Source: Podarcis liolepis
Lineage: Eukaryota
DNA: 64,000 nucleotides
NCBI GenBank assembly: GCA_965112155.1
Contig: OZ218100.1
Direction: 5' to 3' (one strand)
The position numbers and the translations under genes are program-made. Below are positions 1-12,907 of the stretch, in pieces (positions within the stretch are counted from its first letter, which is position 1; each line of letters opens with the position of its first letter). The notes below the pieces were generated by a model. It was not told the DNA's origin. It did no database searches and saw nothing but the letters and a program-made list of their open reading frames with translations.

Positions 1-1344
1 GTCCAACTCTTTTCACAGACCAGGAAGCTCACCACAAGTGGTTGGTTTCTTGGAACTCACACTAAGAGATCATATCGTCCTTTTCCCTACACTGTGTACT
101 CTGCTACATTTAATCCTCACGCCAGCTGCAGAGAAACCCTCACACCCCAGATGTAATGTCACTATCTAATGTCATATCAGATGTAATGTTCCTAGATCAG
201 CTGGCTATGGTGTGTGGTAACCACGTCCACACAGCCAACCCGCAAAGGCAAAGCAGTTACTTAGTAAGAAATACTAAGCACATGGTCTTGCAAACATACA
301 TTGGAAGCGAATTACAACAGCAGTATTAAGCAGTTTTTCTGATGCAATTTGCAGTAGTAATTGAACCTTCTTCATAATGCTTAAATCTAAACTAAGATAA
401 GAAACTATATATGAGGGGTATACTACACAATTACATAATGTGCATATTCAGAAATTACTGCTTTCAGTTGTGAAAACTGTATCAATTGTTGAGGATAATT
501 AAAGATATAGATTTTGAACTCCTGCAGTTGATAATTTGTACTTCTTTTCAACCTGTTCCCTTATTTTCATCATGAGATGGTTAGAAACAATTTATTCCAA
601 TTTCTGTTGGAGTTCAATTTTTCTAGTAATCTTCATTGTGTGGGTAAAAATTGGCAAAGTGTTGAAAACTAGTTTTTGTCATCACAATCATACTTTCCTG
701 ACTTTGGAGAAAATTGAGCAGAAATGCCAGTGAAATATATGAAACATTTTCAAGTGTCAGTAAAAATCATGACAATATCTGGCAGGAATGACTGTTTATT
801 TTTTTAAGTATTTTGATTAAATATGGAGTTGCCATATTTTAGTTTTAATATATGGAATATATGGAGTTTTATTTTAGGAATTTTTAAATAAAAATGGTTT
901 TTTAAAAAGTTACCCAAAATTGCAATGAGAAAAAGGAAACTAATCACTTGTACCATGATCCAAAGCATTTGCATCAAGGTATTTGCTTACCATAGCAATA
1001 TAGCATCACAGTTTGAGTCACCGCAATGGCTGAGCAGATGGCACATTGAAACTCCATTCTAAGCAGTTGTGTGCTGCCACAGCTAGCTTGAGATTACAGC
1101 TATTAACCAGATCACCGTGCTGTGTACTGTGTACTGAGATCAAAGCCTCTTATTCCTCAGTGTAGCTGGCAAGTGGAGCGATTGAGAGAATGGACACCAT
1201 CCATTCAAAACGTAGCACTTTCAAAACCCATTGGCTTTAATTGCATGCATTTCTTGACACACTTAAGATAAAGTCCTGTTAAGTACAATCAATCTGTTAC
1301 ACACCTTGTTACACACACAACACTGCACTTGATGGGTCCACTGG

Positions 1345-1467
1345 CATGGGTGTGGCTAGGGGGGACAGGGAGGGGCAGCTGCCTCCCTAAATCAATATAA
1401 ATAAATAAAAATACATAGCAAACTGAGATTCTGCCCCCCAAAAACAAAAATCCTGGCTATGCCCATG
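1345..1467. mobile_element. 123-bp hAT-type MITE
   Basis: Imperfect TIRs CATGGGTGTGGCTAGG / CCTGGCTATGCCCATG. Perfect 8-bp TSD TCCACTGG at 1337-1344 and 1468-1475. Confidence 0.85.
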
Positions 1468-1884
1468 TCCACTGGCATGCTTTTAATTTACTAAGCAAGA
1501 CTCCCTTAACAGGATCTCTCCACAAAGGTCAGTCATGCCTTAACTGTTAAGTGATATGAGTGTGCATTTCTGATTAAGAATGTAAGTAGCAGGATTATAT
1601 TTAATTCCATTTACAAATCACTTACGGTAAACTATTTCAAAGCAATTAGATCAAAATCCACTTAGGCCAGCATTCCTTACAACCAGAAAAAGCAGGCAAT
1701 CTACCATAAATCAACTAGTGCCTCTTCTCACCCCTGTTGTAGGGCATTTAACCCCACGAGGTATTTTCCCAAAGCAGCTTTCTGATTTTGGCTGTCTATG
1801 TCATATAACACTATTAGCTAAGATCAAAACTGTTAAGCTCACCATTTTGGGGATCCTCCTAAAAAAAAAGCTCAATATGGCTAA

Positions 1885-2149
1885 TAAAGGTAAAGGGACC
1901 CCTGACCGTTAGGTCCAGTCGCGGATGACTCTGAGGTTGCAAGCTCATCTAGCTCTATAGGCCGTGGGAGCCGGTGTTTGTCCGCAGACAGCTTCCGGGT
2001 CATGTGGCCAGAATGACTAAGCCACTTCTGGTGAACCAGAGCAGTGCACGGAAACGCCATTTACCTTCCCGCCGGAGTGGTACCTATTTATCTACTTGCA
2101 CTGTGTGCTTTCGAACTGCTAGGTGGACAGGAGTGCTAGGTGGACAGGC
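1885..2149 (-). mobile_element. Sauria SINE, 5'-truncated
   Basis: Reverse-complement (ACCTTT)n-type tail taaaggtaaagggacccctga. Body recognisable from recall (cagcttccgggtcatgtggcca, tttaccttcccgccggag, tgctttcgaactgctagg). A 15-bp local duplication tgctaggtggacagg marks the truncation point. Confidence 0.85.
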
Positions 2150-2709
2150 AACCCTAGGATAGATTAACTCTGATTCAGTGTGTGGTCCTCGTGCTCACAG
2201 TATGTCTGCCATTGTGCTCACCACCAGTATGGATGCCCAAGATCCTCTGTGATGAAGATCCCCTCATCTTAGTGAAGTATCACAGACACATGTGCAGATC
2301 TGCTGCTACTACTGAAGTCAACTTAGGAAGTTTTACTGCATGAGAAGTCTAGGTGTTTTCTCGAAGTGCATTTTGGCATACTGGACTGGAGAAATGTGTA
2401 ATAAAAGTGGATTCATGTAGGTAAAGCACTGAAGAACCAAATGTGAATGATAAATCTAATTTCTATCTATGTCTTGTCACTAATGTGGCTTAGTCCATAA
2501 GTGAAAATATCTGGATCTAATAGGGTAGGGTTACTAATATGGTAGGGCTGAGGCATAGCTATTTTTTTCTTTTTTCAAGAAAAAAAGGTGCCAGTACTCA
2601 CCATTGTTACATACAACTTTTAAGATTTTGGAGGGGGAGGGGAGGAAGGTGCTGGTACTGCATACCCTTGAATACCCGGGGGGGGGGAGCACTAGGCTTG
2701 GGGGCTATA

Positions 2710-2935
2710 CAGTGGTACCTCTGGTTACGTACTTAATTCGTTCCGGAGGCCCATTCTTAACCTGAAACTGTTCTTAACCCGAAGCACCACTTTAGCTAAT
2801 GGGGCCTCCCACTCCTGCCGCGACACCGCTGCACAATTTCTGTTCTCATCCTGAAGCAAAGTTCTTAACCTGGGGTACTATTTCTGGGTTAGTGGAGTGT
2901 GTAACCTGAAGCGTCTGTAACCCGAGGTACCACTG
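2710..2935. mobile_element. Tigger/pogo-type (Tc1-mariner) MITE, same family as 59761-60002
   Basis: TIRs CAGTGGTACCTC...GAGGTACCACTG. TA on the left, CA (decayed TA) on the right. Highly similar to the copy at 59761. Confidence 0.88.
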
Positions 2936-3989
2936 CATTGTATGGGAGCCCTCTGGGAAACCTCTCTTTCTAACTACATCCAACTTTCCCCTCACTGCAC
3001 TTGTGCTACAGGCCCAGCTTGCCTTGCAATACAGGAAACACAATAAAAACCTATAACAAAGATGTAAAAAAATACAGCAACAATTATGCTCTTCCTGCCA
3101 GTTGGTAATATTTCTCCTGAACTTGGCTAGAGCACCAATCCTCTTGAAAGAAAGAAAAAGAATCTACTGCAGGAATGTTGGCCAAGTGTCATCCTTCATA
3201 TTAACTTTGAGAGAGTGATTCATGGCAACTAGAAGTTTACCTTTCACTGTACTTCAGAAACAAGATCTCATAAGTGCACTGCCTGATAATTGGTAACCCG
3301 ACTCGCTACCCACAGATTTGCAGCCATGTGCAAACAAAGTTCAGCTGACTAAAGTGACTATCCAAAATACAATACTCAAGTTAGCTGCTGCCAGATTCAG
3401 CTCCAACATAGTTCAAAAGTCCAACCTGATCTAGATCACTGAAAGGAAGAGAGGAAACATTAATTGTTTTCGTTCTATCTCATGCCTTATTGCACTTCAG
3501 GAAAAACGAGTAACAACACAATGGTTGATTTCACCAAGGATTCGTTTTTAGCAGTTAGCCCCTATATTTTATCGCTCAGTAGTATGGTCATCCCATTTAT
3601 TAAGAGAAAGAAGCTTTGTATCAGTTTTAAACATAAGCCACAAAAAACCCTGCATGAAGAACTTCTTAGGTTCAGTTCATGGCTTGGAATTTTGCTGTGC
3701 CCAAGACCCTGGGAAAACTACTACTGGGTGGAGCAGATAGCAAGCACAGAACTAGAGAGACCAATGGTATGAGGACCAAGTTACACATTATGCTACTTGC
3801 ATGGTCGTGTTTAACATGCAGGGTTGGGGGAAGAAGCAGGATTGAAACTGTGGTGTCCAGGCAGTGGCAGCACCATAAATAAAATACTGCATTTCTATGG
3901 GTGCCAATATCTGAAAAGCTCAATTCAGTCTAATATTATGGCTAACAAATCAAAACTAAAACATAACAGACATCTCCACCCTGGTACTG

Positions 3990-4090
3990 GCTGATGTTTT
4001 GGACTACAACTCATCATAATCATCTCTGGCCTTTGGTCATGCGAGCTGGGGCTGATGGGAGTTGTAGGAGGGCACCACGTTGTGGAAGGC
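3990..4090. mobile_element. Old ~130-bp palindromic hAT(Charlie)-like MITE fragment
   Basis: gatgttttggactacaactc...gctgatgggagttgtagg, internally inverted. Related copies at about 6924-7040, 10568-10705, 12669-12817, 15625-15725, 38398-38470 and 38670-38770. Confidence 0.6.
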
Positions 4091-6923
4091 TACATGATGA
4101 ATGTGGTTACAATTGCCACATTAAAGAAAAAAATACAGATATAAACCAAAATGATGTGACATGAAAAATGGCTTCCCTTCAAGTAACTACAGGGGTCCGG
4201 CAACAAAGAGGTGAAAATTACCCATGCAACCCTGCTGCCAGCAGCATGTGCCTATTACACTATTCAGTTCAAACACTTTCAGAGGAGTGTGCTGGACAGG
4301 ACAAGACAAAGTGGTTTGCAATGAGGACAAACTTCCAGAGTTTGAAATATCTTGATTAGTAGAACAAATGACTTCAAAACAAGAAAAATGGTGGTTCAAA
4401 GGAGCACTTTGGACCAGAATTCAAATCTGAAAGAAATAAAAGGTTGACTAATGAGTTATTGAGAGTTAATGTGTTAGAAGGCCTATGTGGATTGCCAAGT
4501 ACATTTCCAGTATCTTATCATGATTTATCGTAATCAGCAATGAGCTGAAACTACCAGACTCCAATTAATTTGCTTCCTATGTCAAATTGCATGGGAGGAG
4601 GGGGACAGAAGGGTGGTCCCACTACAGGATTTGAATACAAAGTATGAGGTAAAGAAAATGATCTATTGGCTCCAACATTCAGATTACATTCATATGTGTT
4701 TAGTGCAAATCAATTACTTCTCTCTTTTACTGGCACCATTAGCTTAAATTTCAACTTAAAATCACAAATACAGAGCTACAAGTATGATTTAGGAATGTTG
4801 GATGCAACACAGTAGGCAATAAATTATTTGGGGTTTTCTTTCTAAAGTATATCTACTTAGAATTAAGACCCAATAATCTTATTGCCTCCTTTAGACTAAT
4901 TGGAACAACTCCCTCTCACGGGGGAGGTGTCAACAACTGCCCTTAGACTCTTGGCAAGTCCACCTCTGGCTGCCTTAACCAAACAAGGAGGAGAAGAGGT
5001 ATGTGCACAGGTGATTATGGTTTTACATCTCCAAGTATCCCATCTACAGTACTTGGACTGTACAAATAGAAAAATGTCCACAGCATTAGGATAAACAGGC
5101 AAGAACAAATTTGCTTTGCCCCAGCTATGGGAGTCTTCCCCAGATATTGGGTGCCCAGATATCGTTGGACTAGAACTCCTGTTACCACTGGCCCTGCTGG
5201 GTACGAAAGATGAGGACTGCACCCTATCAGGGGACCCAAGATTTAGGAAAGCTGCTCAGTGGTGTCTAATTCAGAATGAATATGGACAACCTCAGCCACA
5301 AAGTCCTTTACAAACCAGACACAATGGGTGACTGTAGTGGACTTCTTCAACAATTTGTGGGCTAAGATCTAACAGTCTAATGAACTACGTTTCCATGTTT
5401 TTTCAGGTCTGTGTACCATACTCTGAAAAGTCTCATGTTTTTCTGTTTGATTCTGAAATCTCTTCAGTCATCAAGTAACCCAGTAGCATTACTGAGATAG
5501 GAAAGTAAAGAAACAACAGTTAACTCTACTTTTTCCACCAGTATTTAGGTCACCATGATGTATATATCAGGGCTGGTAGTTTCTTTTGCATTTAGAGAAA
5601 ATAAGCAACCACCTCGTCTTTCAAATGTTTCGTATCCTTTACAGGAAATTACCAACAATAAGCTGGCTATGTCACATGTACAGAAATCCAAACTATTGTC
5701 TCTCTCTATCAACCCGGATCATTATTTTCCTTAAGCAGCCAAGGTCTGATACTACTTGATCACTTGACCAGTACCCCCTAACTCTCTGCCTTTTTCTCTT
5801 TTCTTCCTATCTGCTCAAACCAACCTTTACCTGCAGAAAGGTGAGACAGAAGAAACAGCATCAAAGAAAAGCTCGAGGGAAAGCATACAAATTATATATT
5901 ATTCAGTGCCAGCTGAAAAGTAAACATTCAGTGTGTGTCACAGAATTAGGTTAAAGGTGGGAAGAAGGGGAGAGGAAATTTGCTTTCCAGACCAAATTTT
6001 AAACCCATATGATTTGAAAAGGTCTGGCATTAAGGAAAAATAATCTAAAAAGAAACCCAAAACAAAGCAAAAAGCATAGCAGAGGTGAAAAGGGGAAGCT
6101 CAGTGGAAACTGTGCAGAAAAAGCTTTGTTTCCAAATACATACACACTACAGCAAATGAAGTTGTGTTTCTAAATAATTTCCAGCTCATTTACACTGTAG
6201 TGACAATCAGGAGCATTTCATCAACCAGCTAGCAATAGTAGATATGCAAAAGAGAGCAGGCTGGAGATCCAACTGTTACAAGTGTGCAGACTTTTTAAAA
6301 TAAAAAAAACACCAACCAACCAGAAAATCTAATGTTCAGATTTAGTACCTATATTAGCAAATATGAAAATACATTTCCCCTGTTTTGCAAACAGAACTTA
6401 AGTATGATGTAGCTAAATGCAGCAACAACAAAAAAGTTTTGCCGCCTTATTATTTCTCAGAAAACGCTGAGAGTTAACATTATCTAATTATGCAAAACTA
6501 TAATACAAAAATTGATTTCTTGTTTGCTGTATTAGGTCTATTTTTATTATAGGACAGTTCTGAATTGCTTCCCCCCCTTAAATTAGATTTTAAATGAATC
6601 TTTCCCAAAGAAAAACAATTAAATTAATTATAAAGAATGCAAAAAATTTCAATCTGCATAGGTATTTTTCAGGCATAACACAAAACCTAATTAAATAGAA
6701 TGCAAACCTCATTCAGTGGTGATATTTCATTAAGCAATGCATGGAAAACTTCAAATTGAACTTAAGGCAAGTATATAATACCAATAATTCAAATCGAAGT
6801 GGCCAGATAAATCCAAGTAGCTATGAATAAAGGGATGAAATATTAAGAAAGTTCTACTAAAAGTCAATCTGCTGTTTCCCTGGTTTTTCTCTCATATCTA
6901 CCTGGAATAAATTATCCCAGACA

Positions 6924-7040
6924 CTAGGGGTAGCCAATTTTAGACTACAGATGCCAGCATATTTGACCATTGGCCTTGTTGGCTAGAGGTGTTGCAACCG
7001 GAGTCCAGGAACATCTGAAGGGCACCACCTTGTCTACTGC
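6924..7040. mobile_element. Old hAT(Charlie)-like MITE
   Basis: ggggtagccaa...gactaca...gaccattggcc...acatctgaagggcacca; same family as 3990-4090. Confidence 0.55.
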
Positions 7041-9405
7041 AGCAAGAGACATTGACATTAGGCACTGCTGCATTACAGTTTTTTTAAATCAGTATAGCAT
7101 AAGCCAGCAGAAGATTATCTAAATCATGTGTAGCCTTTTTGTGTTTGTGTAGTGATTGCAGGAATCATGGGGTTTGAATGACCTATTATATACAGTAGTA
7201 CATTATATACAGCAGTAGCTGTCGCAGAATGACTTCAACATATGCGAGCAGTACTCATGAATGAGGAAGGACAGTTGAATATGATAAAGATCACCACAGG
7301 GGCATAGGTAAACTTTATCAGCACAGAGGCACAGGTAAGTCTGAACCTATTGAATATTTTACGTTTTCCAAAGGTATCTTCAATTTCACCAGCTCTAACC
7401 ACTATTGGGGCTTCAGTCTTTGCTTAGTGAGTTACTTGTCCATACATGTTTCCCTCTGTCCATCCTGCAGACAAACAAAACAAACAGGGACCTGAAGACT
7501 TTCTTTACAGAATCTCAATCACTAATTTCACCCAGAAAATATTCTAATTACGCAGAGATTGTGCTTTAATGCCCCGCAAACTACTGGCTGATCATTATAC
7601 TGCAGGACAGAATTGCTTTCATTTTGTTGTGCTATATATGCCATGTGATTCTGCATCTAGGGATGCGGAAACTGTATGTCAAAAGTGGGACCATATGGAA
7701 AGAACCAGACCAATAGCCACATCTAATCTAACACATTTCTTCTCTATCCATATATAGTGGTTCTCTATCCATCACTGGAGCCTCTTTTAAATCCACACCC
7801 CTCACTCGCTTTGATTCAAACCCTCTGCAAATGCTTTTGCCTGGCTGAAATGTATTCCTGAACATCAATATTATCTTTTGCTTGCCTGAATGGAGGATGA
7901 AGAAACGTGCATGTAGAAATCTCTAAAAGTTTTGCACAGCTGGAATTTAGCCTGCTCTGCAATGTTAAGAATTGCACATGTTGCTATGCTTACTTTTTAC
8001 CTCCACTGCCCTCCATCATTGGCATGTGGCCCCTAAAAAGTTCCCCATGAGAGAATGTGGCTCTCATGCTTTAAAAGCGTCCTCAACCCCATAATAGGAT
8101 CACCAATTACTGTAGCATCCTCTGGTCCTGAATATAGTAGAACGTGATTGTGTTTATTTCTGTGCCATGGAAGGTTTCTACATCTGAATTTCTGCAGGAA
8201 TCATGACTCCCATTTTTCACAAAACTACAAATTGGCCCTAAAATGGGACATGTTTACTGAGGTGGGAAATTTTGTCATGTGTAGCCTCATCTCTTGCTAT
8301 CTAGATGTTATAGAAAAGTAGCACTGCTGTTTGGATTGGCAGAGATAGCATCCTATGGACTAAAGCTGCAATTTACTGCTCATTTGCTCCACAGGAGGCC
8401 CTCAAAGCTCAAGAACACCATCTCCAGTCAGAGGCCTATGGCCAAAGGATAATTATACCCCCAAAGAGGAGGGAGTGGGTAAGAATGTCTTAGTCTCCCA
8501 AGCCAATTAGGTTTAGCTTTGAACTCAGTGGTGATTATGAGCCTAAATTGTATCTAGATAACATTTCTGCTATTGACAGAAAGATAAAGTAAGTGGTGAA
8601 TGAACCCACGCTGAATTATTAACGTCACATTAGAGAAAACAGGAGAGGGTAGAATCTCAGCATTTTCTCCTTGATGTGTTGCTGGCAGTCTAAAAGAAGG
8701 AAAGAGTAATAACTAGTTAGTCTAAGTGATGGCTTTCCACCAGACAGTAATAATATTGTCTGGCTTTTGTAGACTACTGGCACACTGTTCACATCTTGCG
8801 CCTGGAGAAGTTTATTTGTTCAGTTGCAACTGAAATAACTAGCAGAGGGGAAAACAACAGCCACTCTCAACATCCTCAACATAAAGAAGATATGCACTTT
8901 ATTGGAATGAGGAAGTTCCCTGCCAGCAAGCAAGAAGACTTCTGACTTCTCTCACAGGAAGGCAGATTTTGAATGGCGCTTCAATGTGCCTTCTCTTCTT
9001 AACACAGGCTACTGAAGAAATATCCTCCCACTGAGGCAAATAAAAGCACATGAAAACTTTAAGTGCACACTGTTGGAGGGAGGGAGAATGAAAATATATA
9101 CATCTCTCCACATAAATTGAAGGGTGCTATAGAAATAGTGGTTACTCAGTTTATGGGGCCCAGTAAAAAAATAGACTCTCCAAAAAATGTAGTTCCCTTA
9201 ATGGATTAATATAAAGATTTATATATTAACACAGTACTTAATTAAGGAATTAGGATTCCTTTGATACAGGCTTAGCTAAATATTACCACAACCTGCTTTA
9301 CAAGCAAAGACAATTATTTCCCATTTCAGTCACTACATTGGTGACTGCATATATTAGCAAATTTCACACACAGACACAAAGGTAATACACCACCATATAT
9401 ATATG

Positions 9406-9407
<2 letters not shown>

Positions 9408-9452
<45 letters not shown>
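9408..9452. repeat. (GA)n microsatellite
   Basis: Pure GA run, visible directly. Confidence 0.95.
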
Positions 9453-9455
<3 letters not shown>

Positions 9456-9510
9456 CTGAAGCAGTATGTGTCAAAGGGACTGACTCTCGCCTTCATGTTA
9501 GGAAAGAAAA

Positions 9511-9770
9511 TAAGGACGCCCCATAGGACGCACCTAGGTTTTTTTTGGGGGGTGGGAATAAAGGGAAAAAAATTATTTCCCCCCCACCAGGTGCGCTGCA
9601 CTAAGCCCGAAGCTTGGGGTGTGCGGAGTTCAGCGCGCCCCAAGCTTCTGGGTGCTGGCGAGATCTCTGCTAGCTTCAGCGAAAGCCTGCATTCGCCCCA
9701 TAGGACGCACACACATTTCCCCTTCATTTTTGGAGGGGAAAAAGTGCGTCTTATAGGGCGGAAAATACGG
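9511..9770. mobile_element. Tc2/Kanga-like MITE, left TIR lost
   Basis: Right end gtgcgtcttatagggcggaaaatacgg followed by TA. Homologous to 24853-25111 (same orientation) and 11441-11894 (inverted). Confidence 0.8.
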
Positions 9771-10567
9771 TAGTCCTGCATGATGACTACTTAGAGGGTG
9801 TAGTTGGTTAGGGCGTAATGTTAGCGCCTAAATGCTGGACTGGAAAATTTCTGTCTTGTTTGTTCTTCCTGAGACAGCCACTAATGAAACATCACTCACT
9901 GTCAGGCCAATTTTCTTTTCTTTAAATATAACCTGTCTAAGGAATGTTGGTTTTTTATATTTAAAAAAATACAAGATTTCTAAACCATATAGATAAATGA
10001 CCACAAATGTTGCAAAATTCGAGAGGTAGAAAGTTCTGTCAACCAAACTGACAAGTTATTATGTCCAGGCCTTGATTCAAATCCACCCCAGCCACTTCCA
10101 CTTAGAAGCCTGATCCAAAATTCACCCTCCTTTTCTCTCCTGCAGAATTTAAACACCACACAAAATATAAGCCCAATAACTTATTGTAAAGTGATCAAGA
10201 GCTACAATTTTGAACCTCAATGTTAAATGGCTCTCAAGTCAAAACGCCTCTAATTTAAGTTTCTTTCCCACTTCTCATCAGTTTCATTTGCAAAAAGGGT
10301 AGCAGATAGCCACTGATAAGCTCTGTAAAACGGCCCTTGCAAGTGGCAATTTTGCTGAGAGGTAGGCAGCAGTAACAACTCAGGCAAACATCCGAGGCTT
10401 TGTTTGGGCTGCCTTGAGAGTGGGGGCTGTGGAGCCCCACAGTTAGCCCTCAAAGCCTACAACTAGCAGAGTTAGAGGAAGAATAGGTAATCTTCCCAAA
10501 ATTGTTTAGCTTCCTTCAGGTCACTTGAATTGTTTTGCATGGCAGCACCCTCCCAATTTACTTTAAA

Positions 10568-10705
10568 TCAGCGTTGAGGAACCCGTGGCCCTCCAGGTGT
10601 TGCTGAACTCCAGCTCTTGTCATCCTCAACTATAAGTCATTCAGGCTGCAGCTGGTGGGAGCTACAGTCTAACAACATCTGTACAACTGCACATTCCCTA
10701 CTCTG
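10568..10705. mobile_element. Old hAT(Charlie)-like MITE
   Basis: ggaacccgtggccctccaggtgttgctgaactcca...gggagctacagtctaacaacatctg; palindromic, same family as 3990-4090. Confidence 0.6.
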
Positions 10706-11440
10706 TTTCAAATTCTGCTTTAGGAAAATTTGTTAGAAACTCTTGATTAGAAAAACAACAACACGAATAGCCTACACTTGTAGTAAAACAGGGCTATTCT
10801 TTCAGATTATGTTAAGTGCAGGGTTAGAAAGCAGGCGGTATAAAGTATAACAAATCGCATTTGTTTTCATTTTCTTCTGGGCACATACAATAAATCTTGA
10901 GTACGCACATTTTGAGTGTTTATTTATACCAATAAAAATAGCACTGAAAAATTAACAAACACTCTTTGTAATTTTTCTTTTGAATCCCCTTCTACAGTAA
11001 ATCACAGCCAAATAAAATAATTCAAATCCAGATGAACTTCTTAGTCACATATTTTACAGCTCTCTGGAGCTGCAGCGCTAACAACGTAATGAGTTATTTT
11101 GAGAAGGCCCTTTCTAAATGAACAAGCATTGTTTATTTGTCCTGTATCAGCACTTGGAAAGACTTGGAGGAGCTCAAGACCCCATCTATTTCCTCAGAAC
11201 AACAGTCCCTTAAAAAGGAATTGTGCAAATAGAATAAAACAAAATCCATCCTGAAGGTCTTTTACAGTCTAAATAAGGATGTTAGATGACGATGAATTAG
11301 CTCTCAAAAACTGCAGAACAGAAAGAATGACAACTACTTCAGTTGCCTACAGCAGAAGCCACACCATTAGCTTTGTTGGCAGACTATTTCTGTTTGCTGC
11401 CTCCTCTAAATAATTTTGTAGCATTAGGAATTGGAACCTA

Positions 11441-11894
11441 CCGTATTTTTTGCCCTATAGGACGCACTTTTTCCCCTCCAAAAATGAAGGGGAAATGTGT
11501 GTGTGTCCTATGGGGCGAATGCAGGCTTTCCCGGGCTTCCTGCAGCTCTGCGCCACCCTCCGGATCCTGGCGCGAAGCCGCACGGGGCTCCGGAGGGTGG
11601 CACGGAGCTGCCTGCGCTCCAGGGCTTCCTGCAGCTCCGCGCCACCCTCCGGATCCTGGCGTAAAGCCACGCGGGGCTCCGGAGGATGGCGCAGAGCTGT
11701 CTGCATTCCGAAGCCTGGTGCGCGCTGAAGAGCGCCCCCGGGCTTTGCGCACCTCTCCGCAAGCCTGGGGAGACCGGCGCGGCTCCCTAGGCTTGAAGAT
11801 AGCAGGCTGTTCTGGGGGCTTGGGTCGAATTTTTTTTTCTTTATTCCCCCCCCCAAAAAAAAATTAGATGCGTCCTATGGGGCGAAAAATACGG
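11441..11894. mobile_element. Tc2/Kanga-like MITE with GC-rich tandem-hairpin interior
   Basis: TA|CCGTATTTTT...AAAAATACGG|TA. CpG-rich interior contains two 89-bp units starting at 11533 and 11622. Confidence 0.9.
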
Positions 11895-12668
11895 TAAGTT
11901 TGCTACTTTCCCTCCCCCCTTTATCTCCCCCCATTCTTTTGTGTACAATGCCTAGATTGCAAGCGTGAACCCAAGGACTTTCTTGTTTTTAACGGGTCTT
12001 ATGTAAGCTGAAAAGCTGGGTAATAATGCTTTAAAGATATGAATAAACCAAGTAACTTGAAGCCACAAACCCAAAATACTTACTTTGGTGACTATATATG
12101 CAAGGCAGCATGACACCATTGCATGAATTCATGTGGCAATGCACCAGGCACTGCTCTCTAAAGGATGTCTGTATTTGCTGGGAAAGTAAGTCGTAGGGTT
12201 GAGCTGTAAATTAGTTGTCAAAAGCGCAAAGGCCTCGAGAACAGATTTATATTTCTGTCCCAGTTCGCCTTCTGATGGCTTTTCTTAAGGAAGATTTAGA
12301 CCAATATTGAGGTTAATAAATTGATTTGTGAGCCCTAGGTTACTAGCGACAAATTAAACAAGTTTATAATAGTCTTTTCTGTCACACCTAGCCATAATTA
12401 CTTAGTGGAGCATACCAGGAAGCATTTAATAATGTAGAATAAAAAAAATATTTTAAGGAAAATATTGCCTTAGGGTTGTGATGGCCAACTGCTCCCCCCC
12501 CTTCACCAGATGACTTTATTATTGGAAAAGAAGGAGTGCTGTTGTACTATTCCTTTTGCACCATTGAGACATTGGCAGTCTCTCATTAAATACACTCAGT
12601 GTGAAGATACTTTGCAAGTGGTGCTGGGGCAGCTGAGTAAAAGATTAACATTTTCAGCTGAATATACA

Positions 12669-12817
12669 GCAGGGGTAGCCAACATGGCGCGTGCGCGCGT
12701 GCACACACACACACAGATTTTGTTGGACCACAATTCCCATTATCTTTGGATATTGGCTCTGCTGGGTGTGGCACTGGGAACTGTGCTACATCTGGAGGGT
12801 ACCACATTGGGTGCCCT
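12669..12817. mobile_element. Old hAT-like MITE containing a (GC/GT/CA)n tract
   Basis: caggggtagccaacatgg...acatctggagggtaccacattgg. Confidence 0.55.
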
Positions 12818-12833
12818 TCATATTTGATTCACA

Positions 12834-12907
12834 TATAATAGAATCATAGAACTGTAGATTTGTAAGTGACCTCCAAGGGTCACCGAGTCCAACCCCTTGC
12901 AATGCAG
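12834..12907 (-). mobile_element. CR1-type 3' end (LINE or CR1-dependent SINE fragment)
   Basis: Reverse (ATTCTATG)-like tail atagaatcatagaa followed by ...gagtccaaccccttgcaatgcag. Homologous to 52537 and 56294. Confidence 0.7.

Noticed and set aside
9326-9781. 151-aa minus-strand ORF similar to ORF 11343..11867
   Set aside because: The similarity reflects shared MITE ends plus a (GA)n tract, not a gene family.
11343-11867. Overlapping 84-174 aa ORFs on both strands
   Set aside because: They arise from the stop-poor GC-rich MITE core and show no recognisable protein motif.
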